A DNA stretch of 37,650 bases from a virus (IMGVR_UViG_3300014208_001430:1-37650), one strand, 5' to 3'. Positions 8,851-18,520 are shown, counted from the first letter of the stretch. A program made the numbers and translations. Notes: generated by a model not told the origin, from the letters alone.

Positions 8851-10347
8851 TTAACGATTAGGATAATACGAATAAACCGCCTGCTCAATATCCGCTTCCT
8901 CGATCTGCGGATACATCATTTTCAAGTATTTAATGAATGATTCACGGGTTCTATATTCCCCATCCGATTCCGCACGATAGTTATATAATTTTGTGTTAGT
9001 CAAACTCGCCTTGAAATTAGATATTATTTTTTGATCCTTTTCGTAGTCGGTCGTTCCGGTTGTCTTTTCCTTGCCCAAATAAACGCTTTGCACTGTCGGC
9101 CGGCCGTCATCGCCTTGCATAATCACATCGGCATATTTATCGCCGCTATCGGTCGTGCGCGTCGAAGTCGATAAAATATTGGCCTTTGGATTTTTAAGAG
9201 AAATGCTTTTGTAAAATCCAATGGGCAACCCGGCGGTCAGTTCAAGTTTGCTTATTTGCGCTGTTTGCGCATCGTCCCATTCGGAAGGATCGGCTGCCCC
9301 GCTCGAAATTGCGTTGTAAACAATGTTGGCATTCGCCCGGGCGTTGTCCTGCATTTGCTGTTCTTCGCTGTTGGCCTCGCTATCAATTCCTTTCGCGATA
9401 TTTATCATCGATATTTGATTGGAAAATTGCTGGTTGTAATCATCTTTGGCCTCATCGTAAGACGTCTTTTTGTAGCTCATTATTTTATCGATAACCGAAT
9501 ATTTGGTATTAAGCTGATCTGTCAATTGCTTTTTCCGGTTCGAAACAAGCGAAAGCTGCTCCTGGTAATTGCGCTGCGCCTGGCTGGATTTCCCGCTGAT
9601 AATGCTTTGCGCCACCCCCGAATCCCTCAAATTTCCAACCACTGATTCATAAGCGGCCGCAAGATCGTCCTCCTGAACCGTCAGATCATTAATGGAACTC
9701 TCCAAATCATCAACACCCGATTTTTGCAAAAGCTCGGTATAATCTTTTTCCAAATCCAAAGCCGCCGGCTTCTCGGCCGTAATCCCGCTATTAATGGAAT
9801 TTTTAACTTTTGTCAGAGTGTCAATTTTTTCGGCCGCCGGCACGTAATTCCCCGATGCGTCTTTGGCTAATTGTTTGGTATCAGCCAATTTATATTGCTG
9901 CAAAGCCTTCGTTTGCGCCTGTTTGTCGGCAATCTCGGCCCTAATCTGTTCCGACCTGCGCACCGGCACATCCTGCTCCGCGGATTTCCTGGCCATATCC
10001 GCGTCCTGATCCGCGTTAATAATGGCATCCGCGTTTCTAAATAACTGTCCTCTGCTTCCCATCCCCGCGTAAATATCGTTCTCAACGCCATTCTGTGCGC
10101 CTTCGGGCGCGGTTTCAGTTGCTGCTGGCATCTTTCCTTGCCATCCCGCTTTTCTCCCGGTACGGGCAGTATAATCCGCTTCCGCCGCCGCGTTATTCTT
10201 GACAAGCAAATCTTCGTCTCTTTGCCTTTGGGCAAGCTCCTTGGAATCGTACGATCCGGTTGAATAAGTATCCGTGGTAATTTTTCCGGTAATCGGGTCT
10301 TTTACCTTTGACGTTCTTGTTGTTCCGAATTTTGTTTGTGTAACCAT
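8851..10347 (-). CDS. Helical virion protein, probable ejection/internal core protein
   Basis: Q/A/S-rich coiled-coil protein between the tail genes and the giant protein. Confidence 0.65.
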   Translation of the reverse strand: MVTQTKFGTTRTSKVKDPITGKITTDTYSTGSYDSKELAQRQRDEDLLVKNNAAAEADYTARTGRKAGWQGKMPAATETAPEGAQNGVENDIYAGMGSRGQLFRNADAIINADQDADMARKSAEQDVPVRRSEQIRAEIADKQAQTKALQQYKLADTKQLAKDASGNYVPAAEKIDTLTKVKNSINSGITAEKPAALDLEKDYTELLQKSGVDDLESSINDLTVQEDDLAAAYESVVGNLRDSGVAQSIISGKSSQAQRNYQEQLSLVSNRKKQLTDQLNTKYSVIDKIMSYKKTSYDEAKDDYNQQFSNQISMINIAKGIDSEANSEEQQMQDNARANANIVYNAISSGAADPSEWDDAQTAQISKLELTAGLPIGFYKSISLKNPKANILSTSTRTTDSGDKYADVIMQGDDGRPTVQSVYLGKEKTTGTTDYEKDQKIISNFKASLTNTKLYNYRAESDGEYRTRESFIKYLKMMYPQIEEADIEQAVYSYYPNR

Positions 10348-10352
10348 ATTTT

Positions 10353-10973
10353 TTAAATTGAATGAATACTCAAAAATGAAGCTATGTTTCCCCCGGCGGT
10401 ATCGATTGTAGCTCCCGTGTTGCTGGTTTTCGCCTGCAAATAAAGATGCTCTCCCGCGGCCAAATAAACATCCTTTTCGATCCGCATTGTAAAATATCCT
10501 GCAATGGATTGATTAAATATCTCAACTCCTATTTGGGTCGATTCTTTGATCATCAATATCGCATATTGCCTTCCGTCCGCCCCGCCATTGCACGTTAATT
10601 GCGCGCTGACATGGTAATACCCCGAGTTTTTTGCCATAAACACTCCCGCACCGGATCCGTTCATTTCCGAATTAAGATCGTAATTGATATTTTTGTAAAG
10701 AATTGTGGCATAGGTATCTGTTAATGTCTGCGCGGTGACATAGGCCGAAACCTTGCTCCCCTTTCTCACGCCTTGGGTTGATACCCCCCAGGGCGCGTCA
10801 TCAAACCTTTTAGCCCCGGCCCAAATACCGCTGCGGTCCATATGGATAACATCATTCCCCGCTCCGACCGAAAGTTCTTTCATCGAATTTATCCTTTCGA
10901 TTATTTTCTTTCCGATCTCCATTGCCACTGGTACATTTTGTAATTCCGCCCTGTTTGTTTTTCTATTCGCCAT
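10353..10973 (-). CDS. Tail-associated protein with C1q-like C-terminal head
   Basis: C1q/TNF-like pattern FMAKNSGYYHVSAQL...VYLAAGEHLYL...SFLSIHSI. Confidence 0.7.
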   Translation of the reverse strand: MANRKTNRAELQNVPVAMEIGKKIIERINSMKELSVGAGNDVIHMDRSGIWAGAKRFDDAPWGVSTQGVRKGSKVSAYVTAQTLTDTYATILYKNINYDLNSEMNGSGAGVFMAKNSGYYHVSAQLTCNGGADGRQYAILMIKESTQIGVEIFNQSIAGYFTMRIEKDVYLAAGEHLYLQAKTSNTGATIDTAGGNIASFLSIHSI

Positions 10974-12402
10974 ATGATATTTCCGCGCTTTCTATTTCCG
11001 GCGCGGTATTTCCGGAAGTGCGAGCTTTAACGCGAAACTGGATTGTATTGGCCTTGCAAATCCTTGTTTTAACGGATTTGCAATTATTAACGGTGTCATT
11101 AACGCTCAACAAAGGCGTTGATCCGTACGCCACACCGTTCACGCTTGCGTAAATTTCAATGTCGCAATTGGCCGGCAAAGTCCGGTAATACACGCCAAAA
11201 TCAAAATCTTTCGCTTTTCCGCGCTCAATATTGATAATCCGAGTATCGAAATACGCCCCATCGTATTTATTCGCCACATCGATTACGTCAACCCCGTATT
11301 GGATATTCAGCGGATCGGTGCTGTCTTTCCAAGATACGTACATCTGCGTCCCCTCCAGCGCGATCGCGCCGATCTCAACGCTGGCCATGTTCCCGGTCGA
11401 GATCGCAAAATCAAACGTAAGTATCGGATTATAAGATATCGAATGGGATCCAAACCCGTATATTCCGCAATCCGCGGGCGCGCCGGAAATAGCGCTCAAT
11501 CCGAAGCGGGCAATCCCGCCATCGTTAACCGCGGCATTATTATGAACAGTGGTTTGATCGGTAAGGCCCCAAATTCCCGGTATCCGTTTTTTAATTTTAA
11601 ATTTGGAACCGTCGTAAGCGTATAAATTACCGCGTGCGCCGCAATGCGCCAACCCGTATGTTTCGGTTGGAATCAGGCAATTAACACCGGTTTCCGGGCA
11701 ATTCTTGTCGTCCGTGTATCCGTTCGACCAAGTATTCCAATTAATCAATCTCGCTTGTTTTGAGCCATAAGCGCCCATGTAATAGCCCACCAACAAATTG
11801 GTATCGACATTTCCGAAACAATGGACTTCTCCGAAATTAGTCACCAAATCATCCAATTCAAAAACGTGCGTACCTCCCGAATCGATCGAGATAGAAGAAA
11901 CTTTGCCGTCCCCTCCGATATAAAGACACTCGTTAAGAATTTTAAACGGATGAGTAATCGTATCGACCTGAAGATTGGCAAAATTTGCCGCCGCGATCCA
12001 CGTCGCGGCCAAAGCATCGGCAATCCTAATCCTGTTAAGGCTCACCGGGTTGGCCCAATAGACATAACCGTTGAATTCGGCGCCTCCCAAACAATAAGCG
12101 CCATCGCCGTCAGTGGGACACGTATAGCGCAGCGAATACACGCCCGCCGATGTTTTTCCCCAAATTTTTCCCGAAGTTGCCGAAAAGAAATACACTTCCC
12201 CGTTGGTGCACGGCAGAATCGTTTTAACGAATTCATCAATTACATTACCGCTATCCTTTTTCAATTTCTGCTGCACTTTAATCAATCCCGGTTCGCTATG
12301 AAGATCAAAACCAACAATCTTGTGTAAAGAATTTTCCGCGCCCAAATAGAGCGAATCCGCGATACCCCCAAAAACAGGATTGGTGATTGGTATTGTTGGC
12401 AT
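10963..12402 (-). CDS. Putative tail nozzle / DNA-stabilisation beta-propeller protein
   Basis: Beta-rich repeats and C-terminal TIQFRVK...PEIESAEI; position typical of podovirus tail tubular protein B. Start at MPTIPITNP. Confidence 0.6.
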   Translation of the reverse strand: MPTIPITNPVFGGIADSLYLGAENSLHKIVGFDLHSEPGLIKVQQKLKKDSGNVIDEFVKTILPCTNGEVYFFSATSGKIWGKTSAGVYSLRYTCPTDGDGAYCLGGAEFNGYVYWANPVSLNRIRIADALAATWIAAANFANLQVDTITHPFKILNECLYIGGDGKVSSISIDSGGTHVFELDDLVTNFGEVHCFGNVDTNLLVGYYMGAYGSKQARLINWNTWSNGYTDDKNCPETGVNCLIPTETYGLAHCGARGNLYAYDGSKFKIKKRIPGIWGLTDQTTVHNNAAVNDGGIARFGLSAISGAPADCGIYGFGSHSISYNPILTFDFAISTGNMASVEIGAIALEGTQMYVSWKDSTDPLNIQYGVDVIDVANKYDGAYFDTRIINIERGKAKDFDFGVYYRTLPANCDIEIYASVNGVAYGSTPLLSVNDTVNNCKSVKTRICKANTIQFRVKARTSGNTAPEIESAEISYGE

Positions 12403-12410
12403 ATTTTTTC

Positions 12411-12668
12411 CTATTTTAAAAAGTGAGAAATCACCATCGTAATCACGCTTCCGGCAAAACCCGACACCGCTCCGATAGCCGCACGCTCGCCTTTCTTGAA
12501 GTTGGCGCCATCCTCCAATGCGCCCACCTTGGCAAACAACGAACTGTCGCATTTCTTGCTTTCAGCAATATATCCGTCCAATTTCTTATCAACGCTTGCC
12601 AGCGTCGCCGAAATCTCGCCGATCTGGCGGTAAAGCGTGAAAAAATCCGGTTGTTGATTTTCTGCCAT
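12411..12668 (-). CDS. Small coiled-coil protein with C-terminal TM (holin/XhlA-like)
   Basis: IGEISATLASVDKKLD heptads; terminal hydrophobic helix AAIGAVSGFAGSVITMVISHF. Confidence 0.55.
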   Translation of the reverse strand: MAENQQPDFFTLYRQIGEISATLASVDKKLDGYIAESKKCDSSLFAKVGALEDGANFKKGERAAIGAVSGFAGSVITMVISHFLK

Positions 12669-12671
12669 ATA

Positions 12672-12863
12672 TTAAGTGTTAAAAATACGCGCTTTTTTAG
12701 TCCACGCAGTGGAAATTTTAGCCTTAGCCGTCCAAGGAGTGGCCACCTTGGCCTTTCCCGTCCAATTAACAGTAATTTTGGGCCGTACGCGCCAAGTATG
12801 CGCTTTTTCAAGCTCAATAATCTGCCCGCAAACAACAACTCCATAACAATAAGTTCCGTACAT
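12672..12863 (-). CDS. Small basic protein with four 10-aa Trp repeats
   Basis: WRVRPKITVN-WTGKAKVATP-WTAKAKISTA-WTKKARIFNT; fills the gap between neighbours with 3-4 bp spacing. Confidence 0.65.
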   Translation of the reverse strand: MYGTYCYGVVVCGQIIELEKAHTWRVRPKITVNWTGKAKVATPWTAKAKISTAWTKKARIFNT

Positions 12864-12867
12864 AAGA

Positions 12868-14658
12868 TTACTGTACTTTATTCACCATCATCCACGTTTC
12901 GGCCGCGCCGTAATCAATGGTTACGTTGCTCCCTGTGTTCTGATATGCCCACAATTCGACATAATCGCCAACCGCAAGCTTCAGCAACGCCATTGCGTGT
13001 TGCGTCCCGAACTCGGTGCTACCCGGAGCCGTGTAAGAACTGTAAAAACCGGAGCCGATATCGCCATTTTTCCTGATTTGCAGCTGGTAACGTTTCCCGG
13101 AAACAAAAGCGTCCCATAAAATCTGGGCTTCAACTTGATATACTCCCGCCTTGGTCGCGGTGAATCGGTAATTGGTAGTCTTGTCGTATTCTCCTTGGTT
13201 GTCCCAATTTTCGCCGGTCAATGGTATCTTGGTGTTGGTGTCGTTCGCCAAAGTATAATTAGGAGTCGCGCGGTAAGCATGACAACCTGATTGGTTGGGA
13301 GTATCGACAATTCCTGAACTGTAAAACGTCGCCGCTGTGGAAGCCGTCCCGGCCAAAGTAAGCGTATCCGTCGACTGGGTCAATGTCATATTCCCATTGC
13401 CGTAATTAAGGACTCCCCCCGGAGCCAGGAACAGATCGGAAAACATTTTCGTGGTAGAACCTAACGCCGCCCCATCGCTCGTACCCGGCAATAGAGAAGT
13501 GTTGATTGCCACCGAAGCCAAATTGTCCAAGGCGGTGGTTGCGCCCGCGCCTCCGGGAACGTTCTCGGTACATGCTATACCTCCGGCGGTCGAGAACGAA
13601 CACCACTTGCCGTCGGTAAGAGTGCCAAGCTTGGGGCCATCAACAATGGCATTGCCCGAAGCCCCCCATTTGGTCAGATAGCCGGCCGTGGGCGAGGCCA
13701 CCCCGGTAACCGGATAAGTTAAAGGAGCCTGGTAATCAGTCCCGGCCGCAGCAATCGAAAGCACGCCGGTGCTGGTCGTATTCTTCACTAACCCGGTTCC
13801 CAGCGCGCCAAGGAATTGCGCCCCGCTCAATCCGCTGTCCGTTGCTCCCTGAACTATAAATTTATTCGAAAACGCCACATTCCCCGAACCATCCACGCTG
13901 TTACCGGCAAGATTGCGCGCCGTCGTCCATTTGGCCGCGCTTCCCGTGGTATTTTGGTTCCATGTCGGAACCGCCGCCGAAGTCCACACCGTACCATTGG
14001 AAGTCATCAGGTTGCCGCTGGTACCCGCCGCAATATCGCTTGGCACGGTTATATTCCCCGAACCGTCAAAAGCCACCCCATTGATTGTTTTTGTGGCCGC
14101 AAGCTTGGTCGCGGTTCCCGCATTGCCGGTAACAGATCCCGCAATCGCATTGGTCGCGGTAATATCGGTCGCCCAGAGCTTGGCCAATCGGTTGGTCGTA
14201 TCGCCTACCGTCTGCCCGCTGGTTTGGTCGGTGAGTACCGCGCCATTAAGCGAAGTCAAATATCCCATTCCGGTCCAGGGGGTTCCGGTAACAAAAGTCG
14301 ATGACGCGGCTATGAAGATCGGATCGCTTTCCGAGACCGCGCTAATCGTCCAATTCCTGTCCGCGCTTAGATCATAAGTTGTACCGTTGATCGTTAAATT
14401 GCGCGCAACAGGAACCCCGCCAATAGATGCTTGCCAGCCTCCGTGGCCTGCCGTCGCAGTCCACACCCAAGTGCTCGTTGCGGTTGATGATGAAGTCAGA
14501 TTATCGATTGCTTTCTGTAGCGTCATTGGCGCCGTATCGCCCGGAATTGCCGTCCCGCCGCTCATATAATATTGCAAACTTCCCGCGCCGGAAACAATTC
14601 CCGCCGTGGCAAAAATTGAAAATACAACCGCAAGAATTTCTTTGACGTAATTTTTCAT
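12868..14658 (-). CDS. Tail-fibre-like protein with N-terminal signal peptide and C1q-like head
   Basis: MKNYVKEILAVVFSIFATAGIVSG; fibre repeats (GNAGTATKLAATKTINGVAFDGSGNIT); C1q-like end (YRFTATKAGVYQV...LKLAVGDYVELWAYQ). Confidence 0.8.
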   Translation of the reverse strand: MKNYVKEILAVVFSIFATAGIVSGAGSLQYYMSGGTAIPGDTAPMTLQKAIDNLTSSSTATSTWVWTATAGHGGWQASIGGVPVARNLTINGTTYDLSADRNWTISAVSESDPIFIAASSTFVTGTPWTGMGYLTSLNGAVLTDQTSGQTVGDTTNRLAKLWATDITATNAIAGSVTGNAGTATKLAATKTINGVAFDGSGNITVPSDIAAGTSGNLMTSNGTVWTSAAVPTWNQNTTGSAAKWTTARNLAGNSVDGSGNVAFSNKFIVQGATDSGLSGAQFLGALGTGLVKNTTSTGVLSIAAAGTDYQAPLTYPVTGVASPTAGYLTKWGASGNAIVDGPKLGTLTDGKWCSFSTAGGIACTENVPGGAGATTALDNLASVAINTSLLPGTSDGAALGSTTKMFSDLFLAPGGVLNYGNGNMTLTQSTDTLTLAGTASTAATFYSSGIVDTPNQSGCHAYRATPNYTLANDTNTKIPLTGENWDNQGEYDKTTNYRFTATKAGVYQVEAQILWDAFVSGKRYQLQIRKNGDIGSGFYSSYTAPGSTEFGTQHAMALLKLAVGDYVELWAYQNTGSNVTIDYGAAETWMMVNKVQ

Positions 14659-14678
14659 TTTTTTAATAAAATAAATTG

Positions 14679-15680
14679 TTAATCCATATTCACGGTCGGG
14701 GGTAAAATTTCTCCGTGATACAGGCGAAAATTTTGAACATAAACTGCTCCTCCCGCCCCAACGGTCCTGAAGTAAAGTCTAACTTTGTCTCCTACCGCCC
14801 ATCCGCCAATATTTTCGCTATATGTTGCGTATCCGGTTGTCAGTTGCCTTTCTGTTCCGACCGGGGAATCATTACGGTAAACAAGCGCGTATCCTGGTCC
14901 GGAAACAGCATATTTACCGTCAAATTTTACCGTGATAACTCCGCCGCGGGCCAGGGTCATTTCTTTGATTTTTGTGTAAGAAGTCGAATCCGATTTGTAT
15001 TGCTCCGTGTCTGCCGAAGCAAATAAGGTTGTGCCGGCGGTATATGCCAAATTGGTCGCTATTTGAGAACTTACATACGATTTTCTGGTTGCCTGATTTT
15101 CTGTCGTTGGATCACTGGCCGGCAATTCCGGAATACTACTGAATGTTTTAACGCCGGCAATGGTCTGGTTGCCTGTAACCAAACAAGCCGTAGAATTGGT
15201 TGGTATCACGCTGGCGGTTAAATCAGTATCCAACGTCAAAGTTTTGGAGGTTACTCCCCCCGCAATCGTGAACCCCGTCGTTGAAGTCGCCGCGGCCAAT
15301 CCGTTGTAAGTTTTATTGGTCAGTGTTTGGCTGTCGCTGGTTCCAACCAACGCGCCCACTGGCGCCGCCAAAGAAGAAACCCATGCACCGCCATCACTCA
15401 CCGCGATACCCGCGCCCGGATAAGTCATTGCCGCGGTGCCAACGGAATCGCAAACGAATCCGGTGGCGGCAATATAGCGGCAGTAATTGGCATTGGTCAA
15501 TGTCCCCGTATTGTAAGTGGCAATCGTCCCCAATCCGAGGTTTGTTCGCGCACCGGCGGCGGTTGACGCCCCCGTACCCCCGCGGGCAATGGAAATGAGC
15601 GATTCCGCGGCAAATCCGGTGGCGGCAACAATCAAAGCGATCAATGCCGCCGATATTATATTTTTAATTGTGTTTTTCAT
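14679..15680 (-). CDS. Second tail-fibre-like protein with N-terminal signal peptide
   Basis: MKNTIKNIISAALIALIVAATGFA, then fibre motifs GGTGASTAAGARTNLGL, QTLTNKT, GNQTIAGVKTFSS, ATRKSYV. Confidence 0.8.
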   Translation of the reverse strand: MKNTIKNIISAALIALIVAATGFAAESLISIARGGTGASTAAGARTNLGLGTIATYNTGTLTNANYCRYIAATGFVCDSVGTAAMTYPGAGIAVSDGGAWVSSLAAPVGALVGTSDSQTLTNKTYNGLAAATSTTGFTIAGGVTSKTLTLDTDLTASVIPTNSTACLVTGNQTIAGVKTFSSIPELPASDPTTENQATRKSYVSSQIATNLAYTAGTTLFASADTEQYKSDSTSYTKIKEMTLARGGVITVKFDGKYAVSGPGYALVYRNDSPVGTERQLTTGYATYSENIGGWAVGDKVRLYFRTVGAGGAVYVQNFRLYHGEILPPTVNMD

Positions 15681-15698
15681 TTTTTTAAAAGATTAAGA

Positions 15699-16604
15699 TT
15701 AAGCCGACGCATAATAACGATAGTACGGGACCGGCGGACTGGCGCTCCAATCAGAGGCGGATATAATATCCTTCCCCGATATCGTATAGTCATCGCTCGC
15801 GCCAGGTCGCAATCTAATTCCATCCGGCACCGCGAATAACGTTACCGGACCGATCGGGGTATGCGCCACCGACCAATGATATCCGTCAATACCGGCAACC
15901 AGCGCCTCGTCGCCCTCGACAAAATTCATTATGTTTATGGCAATATCCGCATCGTATGAATTATAAAAAGAAACCAATTTAGCCACCGGCGGCACCGCTA
16001 AAAATGTGACAGTATAGGGTCCGCTTCCCGCCACGGTATAGTCATCCTCCTCGCTGCTTGGCGCCAAATCGCTGAACAGAAATACCGGCCGGTGCGTAAA
16101 CGTAAAAATCATATTCAACCCATTAATTGCGCCGGTCGCTGGAGCCTCCTTGATCAATCCCAGCGTTCGATAATCCATATCCGAGTTAATCGCCGTGATC
16201 ATCACTATAACGGCGTTAAGGCTGGCCTCTAAGGCCGCCAACCACGTGTTAATGTCTTCGATCATCTTGGAATGGATTACCAACGCCACCCCGTAAACTT
16301 TAGTTGCAATATTGTGCGCAACGGCGGTCGTATCTTGTTGCCCTCTTTTCCCGGTCGAGATCGCAAAAGTATCGGTCAATACGTGGTCGGAAACAGGATC
16401 GATCTCGACATATTCACGCTCGGGATCGTCATTCGGGTCCGCGTAATCGGTTTTATTCCAAATAACAACCTGAAAAGTGCGGGTTGCCGCGCTTGGAAAT
16501 TTCGCCCCGCCTCCAAGAATGACGCTAAACGTCAAAGCGCTCGCGTCCAATCCCGCGGCTGTCATTACCGATTGCGCTCCATTTTTAGTGTTTTCCAAAG
16601 ACAT
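15699..16604 (-). CDS. Putative tail-fibre adaptor / virion structural protein
   Basis: RGQQDTTAVAH motif seen at fibre N-termini; two beta repeats (DDYTV, DDYTI). Confidence 0.55.
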   Translation of the reverse strand: MSLENTKNGAQSVMTAAGLDASALTFSVILGGGAKFPSAATRTFQVVIWNKTDYADPNDDPEREYVEIDPVSDHVLTDTFAISTGKRGQQDTTAVAHNIATKVYGVALVIHSKMIEDINTWLAALEASLNAVIVMITAINSDMDYRTLGLIKEAPATGAINGLNMIFTFTHRPVFLFSDLAPSSEEDDYTVAGSGPYTVTFLAVPPVAKLVSFYNSYDADIAINIMNFVEGDEALVAGIDGYHWSVAHTPIGPVTLFAVPDGIRLRPGASDDYTISGKDIISASDWSASPPVPYYRYYASA

Positions 16605-16615
16605 AAGCGTAAAAA

Positions 16616-17323
16616 CTAATAATCCTGCCCGTCATCGCTTGGCATAGTCGCGACAAGCGTCCGGTCAAGATTCAACCCTTTTAAAGCCTCAATTTTGCGT
16701 GTCAGGTCGATTTCGTACATCTGTTCTTTCTCCGAAAGCGGTATCGGCTTGGGCCGGGCCGACTTCCAGGCAATTGATACCCTCCGCGCCAGCAATTCGT
16801 GGAATTGCCGCGGGAAACCACAGGAATAAGCGGTAGGGTCAATCGACATCTCGGTTGTTGACGTCAGATCGGCAATATCGTCCGGGAAAATAACCGCGGC
16901 GGCGATCAAACCATCCGTAACATCAATAATCGCGCTGTCCGAATATATAAAAATCGAGCCTCCCGACAAATCCATTGCCGGTTTTCTACCGGCAAATTGC
17001 GCCAGAATCGTTGTTTCGTCAGTCGCTTGCCGGTAAGTATTCAAATCAAATTCATCCAGCCGTTGCTGTTTGGTACCATCAAGTTTCGCTTCAACGTATT
17101 TAAGATTGTTCATTACGTTGTTGGGTATGCTGTACTCTCTTTGGCCAGCGCGTAAATTTGCCAAAAACGTCCGCACGAAATAATCCTCGTTCGCTTGCGA
17201 TATTTCGCTGGCGATTTCGTCCTTAAACGGATTTGCCAATTCAAGAATTTCGGCATCGGTAAAACTCGAACTGTTGGTCCGGGTATATGATCGGATAAGT
17301 GAAGCTATTTGTGCGGGTGTCAT
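16616..17323 (-). CDS. Head-to-tail adaptor (tail tubular protein A-like)
   Basis: GQREYSIP...GFPRQFHELLA motifs; position after the head genes. Confidence 0.65.
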   Translation of the reverse strand: MTPAQIASLIRSYTRTNSSSFTDAEILELANPFKDEIASEISQANEDYFVRTFLANLRAGQREYSIPNNVMNNLKYVEAKLDGTKQQRLDEFDLNTYRQATDETTILAQFAGRKPAMDLSGGSIFIYSDSAIIDVTDGLIAAAVIFPDDIADLTSTTEMSIDPTAYSCGFPRQFHELLARRVSIAWKSARPKPIPLSEKEQMYEIDLTRKIEALKGLNLDRTLVATMPSDDGQDY

Positions 17324-17358
17324 TTTTTTATTGTGAAAAGGCGATTTCCACTTTAAAA

Positions 17359-17862
17359 CTACAAGGCCAGTGCGTTCTGATTGAACGGATAGGCCGTGTT
17401 GATATACACCGCGTTCGGAACCACGGTGGCATCGTCCAATTCGGTCGTGGAAGCGTCAAACGCTCCGGTACCGGTAGGATTAATGATTACCATGCCCACC
17501 ACGACTTCATCGGCGGGCACCGCGGGCAGCACAATCTCGGCCAAAGTGGCCGCGTCCGCGGATTTGGTAATCGTCACCGTGCCGGCGGCGTCAATACTCA
17601 ACACAAACGCGGCGAATTTATCTTCCGCCACATCGTGCGATGTCGCGGTGAAAGCAACTTCGGCCGAGGTCTTGCTGTAAAGCACGCCATCAATGATGTA
17701 ATAGAACGTGTTGACGATCTTCACTTTGGCTTTCGACGAACTCCCGATCGCCAATGCCGCCGAACTCAACAAATGATCCACGGCATTGATCTGCAATTTT
17801 TCAAGGGCGTTGCGAATGTCTTCCGAAGAAGTTGTAACTCCCTGCGTAATAGTTTTACCCAT
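17359..17862 (-). CDS. Putative capsid decoration/cement protein
   Basis: A/T/V-rich beta protein in the head operon. Confidence 0.55.
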   Translation of the reverse strand: MGKTITQGVTTSSEDIRNALEKLQINAVDHLLSSAALAIGSSSKAKVKIVNTFYYIIDGVLYSKTSAEVAFTATSHDVAEDKFAAFVLSIDAAGTVTITKSADAATLAEIVLPAVPADEVVVGMVIINPTGTGAFDASTTELDDATVVPNAVYINTAYPFNQNALAL

Positions 17863-17933
17863 ATAATTTTGGTTATTTATTTATTTTTACAAGCGATTTC
17901 TCGCTATTGCGATTGCCAATAACTGCTTTTGCC

Positions 17934-18455
17934 CTACCCCAAGGCGGTTTCGATGCTCACACCGTCCTTAACATCAACGCGATCCACCAGCATCTTCTCG
18001 CCAGCGGTCATCTCGATATGGTAATACTCGGCCAAAGTATTGGCCATTGATTCGGGAAGATTCATAAAAACGCCTTTTTTAATGGTTCTCTGATAACCGT
18101 TAATGGTTATGGTTTCCTCGGCGCCTTTCTTCTCTCCGGGCATCAATGGAATATAGAATCTCACCTGCGGTTCCGCCGCCAATTTCAATTTGGTTACCAC
18201 CGCGTCCGGACCAAGGAATTTTTCCCCCGGACCGGCAATCTTAGCCTTGGCCAGCGCGGCCGCCTCGGCATCGGCCTCAGCTTTCGCTTGGGCTGCGTTT
18301 TCGGCGGCAATCTTAGCCTTGGCCTTTTCTTCGGCCTTAGCCTTGATTGCCGCCTCTCTGGCCTCTTTCTCGGCTAATTTCTCGGCGGCGAGCCTGGCTC
18401 TTTTCTCCTCGGCGTTTTCCCCCGCAGGAGGAGTGTTTTTTGTATCGTCAGACAT
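17934..18455 (-). CDS. Phage head-region protein (Ala/Lys/Glu-rich N-terminus)
   Basis: Clean ORF right after the capsid gene; ITINGYQRTIKKG domain. Confidence 0.7.
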   Translation of the reverse strand: MSDDTKNTPPAGENAEEKRARLAAEKLAEKEAREAAIKAKAEEKAKAKIAAENAAQAKAEADAEAAALAKAKIAGPGEKFLGPDAVVTKLKLAAEPQVRFYIPLMPGEKKGAEETITINGYQRTIKKGVFMNLPESMANTLAEYYHIEMTAGEKMLVDRVDVKDGVSIETALG

Positions 18456-18520
18456 ATATTTGTTGATTAATTTTTTTTAAGCGTCATCAAAAAACTTCGG
18501 CGGCGATTTCCACACCACAG

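Noticed and set aside
10353-15680. Diversity-generating retroelement acting on the fibre tips
   Set aside because: No reverse transcriptase, and no adenine-variant template/variable repeat pair seen
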